Shown here one piece after another: positions 10,530 to 20,140 of a stretch of 64,000 nucleotides of DNA. Each line of letters starts with the position of its first letter. The stretch's first letter is position 1. The DNA is from Candidatus Lachnoclostridium stercorigallinarum (lineage in GTDB: Bacteria; Bacillota; Clostridia; Lachnospirales; Lachnospiraceae), in the NCBI GenBank assembly GCA_019116745.1, contig DXBC01000121.1, forward strand, positions 10,953 through 74,952. Reading direction: 5' to 3'. Under the pieces are notes generated by a model. It searched no databases. It saw only the letters and a list, made by a program, of their open reading frames with translations, and was not told where the DNA came from. The translations under genes and the position numbers were made by a program.

Positions 10530-11408
10530 ATGGAAGACAGGGGTTTTTTTCAGGAAGAAGAGCGCTGCGGCTATCTCATAACAGAAAAGATGAAGCGGGT
10601 GTGGGCGGTACAGCTTGCCATGGTAGACGAGGTGGAGCGGATCTGCAGAAAGTACGGCCTGCAGTATTTTGCGGACAGCGGCACCCTTATCGGCGCCGTG
10701 CGGGACAGGGGATACATTCCCTGGGACGACGACATTGACCTGGTTATGCTCCGGGAGAATTATGACCGGTTCGTAAAGGTGGCTCCGAAAGAGCTGAAAG
10801 AAGGGCTGAAGCTGCAGACGGCATACACGGAGGAAAATTATCTGCGGGGCCATGCCCAGATCCGGGACAGCCGGACCACCGGCTTCAACGAGGAGGATGC
10901 AAAGGCCGGGTATAACTGCGGAATTTTCATAGATATCTTTCCCCTGGACGGGATGCCGGACGGGAAGCTGGCGGCCAGGTGGTGGGCTTTTCAGGTAAAG
11001 CTCTGCTGGATGGTTCTCTACACCTGGTACCGATATGATTATTATGAGAAAAAGACCCTGGCCGGCCGCCTGCTGTACCGGCTGGGCCGGCTCTTCCACA
11101 TTCCCATGAGACAGGCATTTTTCCGCTATGAGAAGCTGTGTGCCAGGTATAAGGGGAAGAACACAGAACGGGTCTGCGACACGGTGTTTATCAGCCAGCT
11201 GGAAAAGAATACCTGGAAACGGGAGTGGTTTGACAGGGCGGTGTACCTGCCCTTTGAGAACCGGAAGATTCCGGCCCCGGCAGGATATGACGGCCGCCTG
11301 AAGGCGGAGTACGGGGATTATATGAAGCCGGCGAAGGCCCCCACCATGCACGGGGGACTGGTGCTGGATCCGGATGTTCCCTATGAGGAATATGTGAGGA
11401 ACAGGTAA
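10530..11408 (+). CDS. licD: LicD-family phosphotransferase
   Basis: GTLIGAVRDRGYIPWDDDIDL, IDIFPLD, YGDYM. Confidence 0.9.
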   Translation: MEDRGFFQEEERCGYLITEKMKRVWAVQLAMVDEVERICRKYGLQYFADSGTLIGAVRDRGYIPWDDDIDLVMLRENYDRFVKVAPKELKEGLKLQTAYTEENYLRGHAQIRDSRTTGFNEEDAKAGYNCGIFIDIFPLDGMPDGKLAARWWAFQVKLCWMVLYTWYRYDYYEKKTLAGRLLYRLGRLFHIPMRQAFFRYEKLCARYKGKNTERVCDTVFISQLEKNTWKREWFDRAVYLPFENRKIPAPAGYDGRLKAEYGDYMKPAKAPTMHGGLVLDPDVPYEEYVRNR

Positions 11409-11415
11409 TACAAAA

Positions 11416-11452
11416 GGGGCCGGTGTGACTCACAGCGAATCACACCGGCCTC
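11416..11452. terminator. Hairpin/terminator between convergent licD and L,D-transpeptidase
   Basis: ggggccggtgtga ... tcacaccggcctc. Confidence 0.7.
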
Positions 11453-11493
11453 TCTCCGGGACTGTCTGCTTTATGACAGTTCTTTTATTTTTC

Positions 11494-12957
11494 TCACTGC
11501 AGCCCGTTCTCCGGCACGTTCACATCCGTGGGATCGTAAGTCTGGGTGTCCGGAATCATCTGCTGGATGGCCGGCCGCTCAAAGGGACCGGGAATCGCGG
11601 ACTCATATACGGTGATGGAAGTGCCCAGGGGGCAGTTGTCAAAGATCCACTTGGCGTCTTCCGTGGTAAAACGGATGCAGCCGTGGGATTTGGTAGCTCC
11701 CAGCCAGTTGTAGGTGCTGGGCTTTAAGGTGTAGGGATCCGGCTTCTCGTAGATTACGGAGTGAAGCAGGATGGAAAGTCCCTCGCCCAGACGGGTGCAG
11801 TACTGGCAGTACTCGTCTGTGTTCATCAGCCGCCAGCGGTATTTCACCGGAGTCTGGAAGGTACCCAGAGGGGTGTCGTCGCCGGTGGAACACAGGAACG
11901 TCTTGTAAGGGATAATGTATCCGTTGTCTCCGTCCTGAATATAGACGGTGGTACAGTTCATCTGCTTGTTGATCCGGATCTGGAAGGGGCCGGTGGAGTG
12001 AAGGTATGGCTCCAGGTCCTGAACCAGCTTTCCGTCGGTTTCAAAGAAATACTTGTATCCGTCAATATACTGCCAGCCGCTTACCGGGGTGTTGTCCACC
12101 ACGTAGTAGCGGTCGCTGTCGTTCCATACCCAGCCGGTAAAACTGTCTCCGGTGCCGTTGCTGAATACGGGCATTCCGTCCACGATGGTAATTCCGTCGG
12201 CGGCAGCGGCCACCAGGGGATTTTCCATATCGTAGGGGGCGTTGGGATCATTTTTGCCCCAGAGGGAATAACGGAAACCGGTTATGTATTTGCCCGCCGC
12301 CATGGCGCCGTTGGTGCCGCCTCTGGTGGACCAGCCGCACTGGGTTCCGTCGTTTAAAGTAGTGGTATAATACACATCATAGGTGTTGCCGAACACACCG
12401 GCGAGGCGTACCTGGACGGCTTCTACCGGTTCGGTATCCCAGTCTGTGTGGCCTCCGTTCATGGCCCAGTTGCTCCAGCCTCTCTGGGAGGCGTAGGTGC
12501 GGTAGAGCACATCTCCCGGCAGGTTGATGGCATATACGGACATGGACAGGAAGCCGTCGGCTCCCGGCTGGATGGTCACGTCCGTCCGCACGGGATCGCT
12601 CCATGTCATATCGGGGCGCAGGAACTGAAACTGAAGACAGGGAGTGTCTTCCGTGATCTCCCGGGTGGGAGTAGTCTGAATATTGGGGTCGGAAACAGGT
12701 TCTGTCCCTTCCGTCTGTGCGGTCTCGCCGCCCTCAATAGGGTCAACAGTCTGGGCACCGGACTGGGACTGACTGTCCGTCTGTTCTCCGGAAACGTCAG
12801 CAGTATCAGTTGTATCAGTATTCGGATTCTCGGGCTGTGTGCTGTCAATCAGCATACCCGGACCATAATTTTCATCGGCGAATGCCGTCGCGGTCTGTCC
12901 TGTCAGGAACACGGCTGTCAAGGCCAGAAGCGCAATGTGCCGAATGGTCTTTCGCAT
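11494..12957 (-). CDS. Secreted L,D-transpeptidase (YkuD) family protein with ChW-like and cell-wall-binding repeats
   Basis: Signal peptide, acidic linker, YRTYASQRGWSNWAMNG, FTGWVW...RYY / VSGWQYIDGYKYFF repeats, catalytic LLHS...SHGCIR. Confidence 0.87.
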   Translation of the reverse strand: MRKTIRHIALLALTAVFLTGQTATAFADENYGPGMLIDSTQPENPNTDTTDTADVSGEQTDSQSQSGAQTVDPIEGGETAQTEGTEPVSDPNIQTTPTREITEDTPCLQFQFLRPDMTWSDPVRTDVTIQPGADGFLSMSVYAINLPGDVLYRTYASQRGWSNWAMNGGHTDWDTEPVEAVQVRLAGVFGNTYDVYYTTTLNDGTQCGWSTRGGTNGAMAAGKYITGFRYSLWGKNDPNAPYDMENPLVAAAADGITIVDGMPVFSNGTGDSFTGWVWNDSDRYYVVDNTPVSGWQYIDGYKYFFETDGKLVQDLEPYLHSTGPFQIRINKQMNCTTVYIQDGDNGYIIPYKTFLCSTGDDTPLGTFQTPVKYRWRLMNTDEYCQYCTRLGEGLSILLHSVIYEKPDPYTLKPSTYNWLGATKSHGCIRFTTEDAKWIFDNCPLGTSITVYESAIPGPFERPAIQQMIPDTQTYDPTDVNVPENGLQ

Positions 12958-13101
12958 AGTGTAACCCTCCTAAGTATGATTTCAGTACCACCCTAATTTA
13001 TCATATTTAAGGGAAAAATGCCAGATACGATTTACTTTTTTGGCCGGTTACTGTAAAATCGTAAATAAAATGACCTTATAATGTAAGAAACAGGTGCCAT
13101 A

Positions 13102-14118
13102 ATGAAAAGGAAAGAAGAGACTGTAAACATCATATACGTGTCCAACGACGGCTATGCCCGTCATCTGGCGGCATCCCTGTATTCCCTTCTGGCCCACAGC
13201 CGGCAGATACAGGACATGGATATCTTTGTCCTGTCATCGGGAATGAGTCCGGAATACCAGAAACGGATCCAGGCAGTGGCAAAACGCTTCGGACGGCAGG
13301 TCTATGTGGAAGAGCTGGGAGATCTGAGGGAGAAATTTCCCTACGATGTGGACACCAGAGGCTTTGACATCAGCGCCATGGGGCGGTTGTTTGCCCCGGA
13401 GGTTCTGCCGGAGACGGTGGAGCGGGCCCTGTATCTGGACTGTGACACCATTGTGCTGGGAGATATCCGAAACCTGTACGGGACAGGCCTGACGGGATGT
13501 CTGGCGGGAATGGTGATGGAGCCCACTGTGTATAAGGAAATGAAGGAAGCCATCGGCATGGAGAAGGATGACGCCTATTTTAATTCCGGAGTCATCCTCA
13601 TGGATCTGGCCGGGTGGAGAAGGGAGCATGTGCTCAGGCAGATGCTGGATTTTTACGGAGCTCATGCGGGAAGTCTTTTTGCCTGCGACCAGGACACTAT
13701 CAACGGAACCCTGTCGGGGCGGATCCGTTCTCTTCCCCCAAAGTATAACTTTTTCACCAATTACCGGTATTTTCGCTATTCTACCCTGGAAAAGCTCTGC
13801 GGAGCTTACCGGGAGGTGGGAAAAGAAGCGTTCCGGGAGGCGAAAAAGCGTCCGGTGATCATCCATTACCTGGGGGACGAGCGGCCATGGATCGCCGGAA
13901 ACCACAACCATTACCGGCGGCTGTATGAGTACTGCCTGAATCACACTCCCTGGAAGGGAACGCCCCCGGAGAAGGGGAAAGAGATGTACATGCAGCTCTG
14001 GTGGTGCTTTAACCAGATGACCAGAATCTGCCCCGGGCTGCGGCTGTGGATCAGCCGGCGGTTCGGCATGAAGGTCATCGACGGGCGCAGGAAAAAGAGG
14101 GAAGCCGGAAATGGGTAA
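13102..14118 (+). CDS. GT8 glycosyltransferase
   Basis: YLDCD, YFNSGVILMDL, DQD, IIHY motifs. Confidence 0.9.
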   Translation: MKRKEETVNIIYVSNDGYARHLAASLYSLLAHSRQIQDMDIFVLSSGMSPEYQKRIQAVAKRFGRQVYVEELGDLREKFPYDVDTRGFDISAMGRLFAPEVLPETVERALYLDCDTIVLGDIRNLYGTGLTGCLAGMVMEPTVYKEMKEAIGMEKDDAYFNSGVILMDLAGWRREHVLRQMLDFYGAHAGSLFACDQDTINGTLSGRIRSLPPKYNFFTNYRYFRYSTLEKLCGAYREVGKEAFREAKKRPVIIHYLGDERPWIAGNHNHYRRLYEYCLNHTPWKGTPPEKGKEMYMQLWWCFNQMTRICPGLRLWISRRFGMKVIDGRRKKREAGNG

Positions 14119-15040
14119 GACGGTATGTATTATCTTAAATTATAATGATGCGGATACGGCCATAGGTTTGGCAGGAGAGCTGAAAGAAAGCCTGGAGATC
14201 GACGAGATTCTGCTGGTAGACAACCATTCTGCCGACGATTCCTGGGAAAAGCTGTCCGCATTTGCGGGGGGAGTGAGCGGCGGATGGCGGGAGGAGAATC
14301 CCGGAATCGCCCTGCTTCGGACAGAGAAAAACGGCGGCTACGGCTATGGCAATCAGGCCGGCATCGACGAGGCGGTGCGGCTGTGGAAGCCGGAATATGT
14401 GATTATCGCCAACCCGGATATCCATGTGACGGACCGGTGCATCCGCAAAGTAAGGGAGGCGCTTGAGAAGACGGAAAACGGGGCTGCGGCTTCCGCCATG
14501 GTGGCCTCTCCTGAGGGAAAGCGGCTGTTTTCCTATTGGGATCTGCTGCCGTTCTGGTGGGATCTGCTGGACACCGGCCCCATCTGCAGAAGGGTTTTTA
14601 AGCCGTGGCTGATCACTCCGCCCCGGCGCCTTCCCCGGGGCGGGACGGCCGGAAGCCGGATGGCGGGGGCCGTGCCCGGTTCCTTTTTTGTGCTGAAAAT
14701 GAGCGCGTTTCCGGGAAAATATGGGAAAGAGATTTTTGATCGGAAGGTATTTCTTTACTGTGAGGAGAAGATTCTGGCGCAGAAACTGAAGGCCCGGGGA
14801 CTGGGAGTGGTGCTGGTCACGGATGCGGAATACATCCATGCCCACTCGGTGAGTATTGACCGGAGCGTGGCGGGACTGGCGAAGAAGCAGGAGATTCTTC
14901 ACCGGAGCAAGCTCTACTATTACCGCAGATATCTGGGAGCAGGGCCTCTTCATATGCTGGCCGCCCGGATCTTTCTGGCGGCGGTGTACGGGGAAGTGTG
15001 GCTGTTTGAGGCAGCGATGAGGATACTGAAGCGGCCGTGA
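14111..15040 (+). CDS. GT2 glycosyltransferase
   Basis: IILNYN, VDNHSAD, NGGYGYGN, ANPD, FLYCEE. Confidence 0.88.
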   Translation: MGKTVCIILNYNDADTAIGLAGELKESLEIDEILLVDNHSADDSWEKLSAFAGGVSGGWREENPGIALLRTEKNGGYGYGNQAGIDEAVRLWKPEYVIIANPDIHVTDRCIRKVREALEKTENGAAASAMVASPEGKRLFSYWDLLPFWWDLLDTGPICRRVFKPWLITPPRRLPRGGTAGSRMAGAVPGSFFVLKMSAFPGKYGKEIFDRKVFLYCEEKILAQKLKARGLGVVLVTDAEYIHAHSVSIDRSVAGLAKKQEILHRSKLYYYRRYLGAGPLHMLAARIFLAAVYGEVWLFEAAMRILKRP

Positions 15041-15174
15041 GATGGCCGGCCAAAGAGGCAGAAAGGCTGTGAGACAGCCGGCCGGCGGAAGATGCTGAAG
15101 CAGCCGCAGGATGACCTGCCGGCCGGCGGGACGCAGGCTGCAGGTAAATTTACAGACAGGACGGAAAACGAAAC

Positions 15175-15864
15175 ATGAACCAGGTAATACTGATCATTCC
15201 GGCATTTAATGAAGAAAAAAACATACAGACTGTGGTGGAAAACCTGATGCGGAATTATCCGGATCTGGACTATGTGGTGGTCAACGACGGTTCTACAGAT
15301 GGTACGGAGCAGATTCTCAGGGAAGGCGGGTATAATCATATCACCCTTCCGGTCAATCTGGGTCTGGCGGGCTGCTTTCAGACAGGAATGAAATACGCCT
15401 GCGAGAGAGGATACTCCTACGCGGTCCAGTTTGACGGAGACGGACAGCATCGGGCGGAATATGTGTCGGAAATGAAAGAAAAGATGGATGAGGGCTACAG
15501 CATTGTCATCGGCTCCCGTTTTGTGGATCAAAGGAAAGATTTCTCTCTCCGGATGGTGGGAAGCCGGATGATCGGCCTGGCCATCTGGCTGACAACGGGG
15601 GCCAGAGTCACCGACCCCACTTCGGGAATGCGGATGTTTGACCGGGAAATGATGGAAAAATTTGCTTATCGGATGAATTACGGGCCGGAGCCTGACACTA
15701 TCTCTCTTCTGATTCATCAGGGAGCAAAGGTGGCGGAGGTGCCGGTGGTGATCGACGAGCGGAAAGGCGGAGAGAGCTATTTAAAGCCGGGAGTGGCTGT
15801 AAAATATATGCTGCGGATGCTGACCTCCATTCTGGTGATCCAGAATTTCCGCGGAAGAGGATGA
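15175..15864 (+). CDS. GT2 polyprenol-phosphate glycosyltransferase (DPM1/GacI-like)
   Basis: IIPAFNEE, VNDGSTDGT, FDGDGQH, IGSRF, DPTSG. Confidence 0.88.
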   Translation: MNQVILIIPAFNEEKNIQTVVENLMRNYPDLDYVVVNDGSTDGTEQILREGGYNHITLPVNLGLAGCFQTGMKYACERGYSYAVQFDGDGQHRAEYVSEMKEKMDEGYSIVIGSRFVDQRKDFSLRMVGSRMIGLAIWLTTGARVTDPTSGMRMFDREMMEKFAYRMNYGPEPDTISLLIHQGAKVAEVPVVIDERKGGESYLKPGVAVKYMLRMLTSILVIQNFRGRG

Positions 15865-15868
15865 GAAT

Positions 15869-17185
15869 ATGACAGAATTTGTGAAACGGTTTCTGGTGTA
15901 TGACGGGGACCGCAGAGAGCGACAGAATGTGATCTGGAACACGGTGGGCAGCGGGGTGTATGCCCTGGCTTCCATGGTGCTGGCCTTTATCGTGATGAGA
16001 ATGGTGGGGGAGGACGAGGGAGGAATCTTTGGGTTCGGCTTTTCTACCTACGGCCAGCAGATGTTTATTATCGCCTATTTCGGCATTCGCCCCTTCCAGA
16101 TCACAGACGGAAAGCAGGAGTATACCTTCGGGGACTATCTGCGGCTGCGGGCGGCTACCTGCGGGGCTGCGGCTGCGGCTGCGGCTCTGCATCTGTCGTT
16201 CCTCTGGTTTCAGGGAGAGTACAGCTTTCACAAGTCGGCGGTAATATTTTTCCTGGCCTGCTACAAGATTATCGACGGATTTGCCGACGTGTATGAATCA
16301 GAGTTTCAGCGGCAGGGGAGCCTGTACCTCACGGGAAAGTCCAACACCTTCCGTACCATTTTGTCGGTGACGGTGTTTCTTGCCGCTCTTCAGATTTCCG
16401 GAAATCTGCTGACTGCCTCCATGGCGGCGGTTCTGGCGCAGTTGGCCGGCGTGTTTGCGTTTAATCTCAGCGTGATCCGGGCGGGAGTACTGCCGAATGT
16501 GAGGTTTGAGGCGGAGACGAAGGCCTGCCTGCGTTTGTTGAAAAATACGGCTCTGCTGTTTGTGTCCGTGTTTCTGGATTTTTACGTATTTTCCGCAGCG
16601 AAGTACGCCATTGACCGGGAATTGACCGACGCCATGAGCGGATATTTCAACATTCTGTTTATGCCTACATCGGTGATCTATCTGGTGTCCAACTTTGTGA
16701 TCCGCCCATTCCTCACCAGATTGACGGAATGCTGGGATAAACAGGATTTTGACGGATTCGGGAAGATCCGCAGGCAGATTGCCATAGTGATCGGCGGACT
16801 GACGGTGCTGGCAGTGGCGGGAACGCTGGTGTTGGGCCGTCCTGTTCTGGGGATCATGGAGCGGATTCTGGGACAGGGCTACGAGGGTTCTCTCACTGCC
16901 TACTGGATTCCTTTTGTGATCATTATTCTGGGAGGCGGCCTGTACGCCCTGGCAAACCTTTACTATTATCTGCTGGTGATCATGAGGCGGCAGGGAGTGA
17001 TCTTTCTGGTGTATCTGGCGGCGGCAGCGGCCGCCTGGCTGGTCTCCCCGGTGCTTGTGAGAAATTTTGCCATTATGGGGGCGTCTGTCTGCTATCTGGG
17101 ACTGATGGGCGGACTGGTTCTGGGATTCGGAGCCGTTCAGGGCCTGCTGTTCCGGCGGGCAAAGGAGGGAAAATATGACCATTGA
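15869..17185 (+). CDS. Polytopic membrane protein, flippase-like (MOP superfamily)
   Basis: About 12 hydrophobic segments; NVIWN..GS, FGIRPFQITD, KYAID pattern of polysaccharide-locus flippase-like proteins. Confidence 0.72.
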   Translation: MTEFVKRFLVYDGDRRERQNVIWNTVGSGVYALASMVLAFIVMRMVGEDEGGIFGFGFSTYGQQMFIIAYFGIRPFQITDGKQEYTFGDYLRLRAATCGAAAAAAALHLSFLWFQGEYSFHKSAVIFFLACYKIIDGFADVYESEFQRQGSLYLTGKSNTFRTILSVTVFLAALQISGNLLTASMAAVLAQLAGVFAFNLSVIRAGVLPNVRFEAETKACLRLLKNTALLFVSVFLDFYVFSAAKYAIDRELTDAMSGYFNILFMPTSVIYLVSNFVIRPFLTRLTECWDKQDFDGFGKIRRQIAIVIGGLTVLAVAGTLVLGRPVLGIMERILGQGYEGSLTAYWIPFVIIILGGGLYALANLYYYLLVIMRRQGVIFLVYLAAAAAAWLVSPVLVRNFAIMGASVCYLGLMGGLVLGFGAVQGLLFRRAKEGKYDH

Positions 17186-18107
17186 CGTGCTGATACCGGT
17201 CTATAAGCCGGGGAAAAAATTTGCCAGGCTGCTGGCCATGCTGGAAAAGCAGAAGGAGCCGGTGAGAAAGATTATTGTCATCAATACGGAAAAAGCCTAC
17301 TGGAACGAGGAGGGATTTTCCGGTGTCCGGGGGCTGGAGGTCCATCACATAAAAAAGGAAGAATTTGACCACGGGGCCACCAGAAACCGTCTCATGAGCC
17401 TGTCGGACGCGGATATCTGCATCTGCATGACCGATGACGCGGTGCCGGCGGACGAGCATCTCACGGAAAATCTGTTAAAGGGTTTTGAGAAGACGGGGTC
17501 GTCCGGGGAGCCGGTGATCGCCGTCTACGCCAGGCAGCTGGCGGATAAGGACTGCGCTCCGGCGGAGCGCTTTACCCGGTCCTTCAATTATCCGGAGGAG
17601 AGCGCCGTAAAGACAAGAGCGGACGTTTCCCGGCTGGGGATCAAGGCCTACTTTGCCTCCAATGTGTGCTGCGCCTACCGCAGGGAGCTGTTTCTGAAAC
17701 AGGGGGGCTTTATCTCCAGGACGATTTTCAATGAAGATATGATTTTCGCGGCAGGAGCTCTGGCTGCCGGCTACGGGATCTGCTACCAGGCGGACGCCAG
17801 GGTGATCCACTCCCATAACTACAGCTGTATGCAGCAGCTGAGGAGAAATTTCGATCTGGGGGTGTCTCAGGCGGACCATCCGGAGGTGTTTGAGGGCGTG
17901 CCCTCAGAGGGAGAAGGAATCCGACTGGTGAAGAACACGGCCCGCTGGCTGTTTTCCACCGGGAGACTTCTGCAGATTCCCGGCCTGATTGTGAAGAGCG
18001 GCTTTAAATATGTGGGATACCGGCTGGGAAAAGCCTATCGGCATCTTCCTATGAAGGCGGTGCTGTGGCTGACTATGAATAAAAATTACTGGAGGAACGG
18101 AAAATGA
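17175..18107 (+). CDS. GT2 glycosyltransferase (rhamnosyltransferase-like)
   Basis: FDHGATRN, MTDDA, YARQL, SNVC..Y, NEDM, HSHNY. Confidence 0.87.
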   Translation: MTIDVLIPVYKPGKKFARLLAMLEKQKEPVRKIIVINTEKAYWNEEGFSGVRGLEVHHIKKEEFDHGATRNRLMSLSDADICICMTDDAVPADEHLTENLLKGFEKTGSSGEPVIAVYARQLADKDCAPAERFTRSFNYPEESAVKTRADVSRLGIKAYFASNVCCAYRRELFLKQGGFISRTIFNEDMIFAAGALAAGYGICYQADARVIHSHNYSCMQQLRRNFDLGVSQADHPEVFEGVPSEGEGIRLVKNTARWLFSTGRLLQIPGLIVKSGFKYVGYRLGKAYRHLPMKAVLWLTMNKNYWRNGK

Positions 18108-18469
18108 CCATGATGCTGAGGGCAGTGCTGATCGTCGGCTCCCTGCTGACGACGGCGCTGATCATAAGGAAAATCAGACAGTCCAAGGTCCAGATTGAGG
18201 ATTCGGTGTTCTGGGTGTTTGTGTCCGCGATTCTCATCATATTCAGCATATTTCCAAAGACGGCAGACATCCTTTCCAGGCTGGCGGGAACCTATTCCAC
18301 ATCCAATTTTATCTTTCTGTTTATTATCTTTCTGCTGCTGGTAAAGGTGTTCTCCCTGACGCTGAGGGTGTCTCAGCTGGAATCAAAGCAGAGAGAACTG
18401 GTGCAGAGAATCGCTCTGAACGAAAAAGAGAGGGAGGAGAAGCAGGATGAAAAGCCGGAGAGAGAGTGA
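18104..18469 (+). CDS. DUF2304-like small membrane protein (GacJ-like partner)
   Basis: Three TM segments, IFP, SNFIF, C-terminal LVQRIAL; in the same operon as the DPM1-like GT2. Confidence 0.78.
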   Translation: MTMMLRAVLIVGSLLTTALIIRKIRQSKVQIEDSVFWVFVSAILIIFSIFPKTADILSRLAGTYSTSNFIFLFIIFLLLVKVFSLTLRVSQLESKQRELVQRIALNEKEREEKQDEKPERE

Positions 18470-20093
18470 GACGGCCCAGGTCAGGGCTGTTTTCAGAAAT
18501 ATTCCCTGGTGGATTCTGGGAGTCCTTCTTGTGGCTGCTCTGGGCGCCTGGCACATGAAAAATGTGCGGGCGGGAGTGCTGGAATCCAAAGATACCTTTC
18601 TTTACAGCTGGTATAATCTTCTGATTGTGTGTTCTGTCATCGTCACCGGTGCGGCCGGCTGGCTCTTTTTCCGGAAGAAAGCGGCTCTGGAAATGGTGTT
18701 TGCCGTGTGTGTGCTGGCACTGGGCTCCATGTATCTGGCAGTTCTGGCCCCTCTGTCCGCTCCGGACGAGGTGAGCCATTTTATCACGGCCTACCGCCTG
18801 GCAAATACCATCATGGGGCAGCCGGCGGCAGATGAAAACGGCCATGTGTACATCCGAACCCAGGACGCCTTTGTGCTGGATACGGACCTGGCCCCGGGAG
18901 AGAGTCTGGCAGCCCAGGAGGAGTCAAAAGATACTCAGGTGCTGGGGCAGACTCTGACGGAACATACTTACCGGAAAATCCATGACACAGGCCTCTGGGG
19001 AACGGGGGAAGAGGAGATGGAGACCACGGTAAAGCCGCCGGTGGAGACCACGCCTCTGGCGTACCTGCCCCAGGCTCTGGGAATCGTTCTGGGGCGGCTT
19101 CTGGGGTTTGGCGGTCTGGGCCTTCTGTACCTGGGCCGGTTTGGAAACCTGCTGTTTTTCACGGCGGCTTCCTGGTATGCCATGAAGCGGCTGCCGTTTG
19201 GGAAAGAGGTGCTCTTCGGAGTGGCTCTGCTGCCCATGACCCTTCATCTGGCGGCGTCCTTTTCCTATGACGCCATCATTCTGTGCCTGTCCTTTGTGTT
19301 CACGGCGGTGACTCTGCAGCTGACCTATGGGGCGGGGGATGTGAGAAAAAGGGATGTGGCTCTGATGGCTGCGGTGATGGGGGTGCTGGGCCCATGCAAA
19401 ATGATCTACGGGGTGCTTTTGGGCCTCTGCCTGCTGGTTCCGGTGAAAAAGTTCGGAAACCGGAGAAACTGGGTGCTGTCTGCGGCAGCTGTCCTTGGGG
19501 TCTACGCCGCCGCCATGATCCTGGTAAACAGCCAAACCATCGTTCAGTACGCGGCGGAGACGGAGAGCTTTGTGGGCTGGGCAGGGGAGAGTGGATATAC
19601 TTTTGAGTGGGTGGTTCACAACCCCATAAAGACCCTGAGGATTTTTTACAACACCCTTCTGGAAAAAGGAGATTATTACCATCTGACCATGATGGGCAAC
19701 TGGCTGGGCAACCTGGACCAGGTGCTGGACGTGCCCTATCTTCTCATTCTAGCCATGACCTTTGTGCTGTTTTTCCTGGCTATGAAAAAACCAGGAGGAG
19801 AGACGGTTTATCTGACCGGAAGCCGGCGGGCCTGGACTCTCTTTCTGTGCGCGGCCTGTGCCGGGGCGGCCATGCTCTCCATGTTTATTGCCTGGACGCC
19901 GGCCAGCTCCAAAATCGTCATGGGGGTTCAGGGAAGATATTTCCTGCCCATTCTGCCGGTATTTCTCATGGCCCTGAAAAATAACTGGATTGTTCTGACG
20001 AAAAACAGGGACCGGGAGCTTCTGTATTTTCTGGTCTGCGTCAACGGATATGTGCTGCTGCGGCTGTTTTCTATTGTCAGTATCCGAATCTAG
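18447..20093 (+). CDS. DUF2142-like membrane protein (putative GT-C glycosyltransferase)
   Basis: PLSAPDEVSH loop after TM, YLPQALG, SFSYD, GVQGRYFLP. Confidence 0.82.
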   Translation: MKSRRESETAQVRAVFRNIPWWILGVLLVAALGAWHMKNVRAGVLESKDTFLYSWYNLLIVCSVIVTGAAGWLFFRKKAALEMVFAVCVLALGSMYLAVLAPLSAPDEVSHFITAYRLANTIMGQPAADENGHVYIRTQDAFVLDTDLAPGESLAAQEESKDTQVLGQTLTEHTYRKIHDTGLWGTGEEEMETTVKPPVETTPLAYLPQALGIVLGRLLGFGGLGLLYLGRFGNLLFFTAASWYAMKRLPFGKEVLFGVALLPMTLHLAASFSYDAIILCLSFVFTAVTLQLTYGAGDVRKRDVALMAAVMGVLGPCKMIYGVLLGLCLLVPVKKFGNRRNWVLSAAAVLGVYAAAMILVNSQTIVQYAAETESFVGWAGESGYTFEWVVHNPIKTLRIFYNTLLEKGDYYHLTMMGNWLGNLDQVLDVPYLLILAMTFVLFFLAMKKPGGETVYLTGSRRAWTLFLCAACAGAAMLSMFIAWTPASSKIVMGVQGRYFLPILPVFLMALKNNWIVLTKNRDRELLYFLVCVNGYVLLRLFSIVSIRI

Positions 20094-20140
20094 TGCTATA
20101 GTATTGCTTGATAAGTCTGTTGAAAAGTGAGGACGAACAT

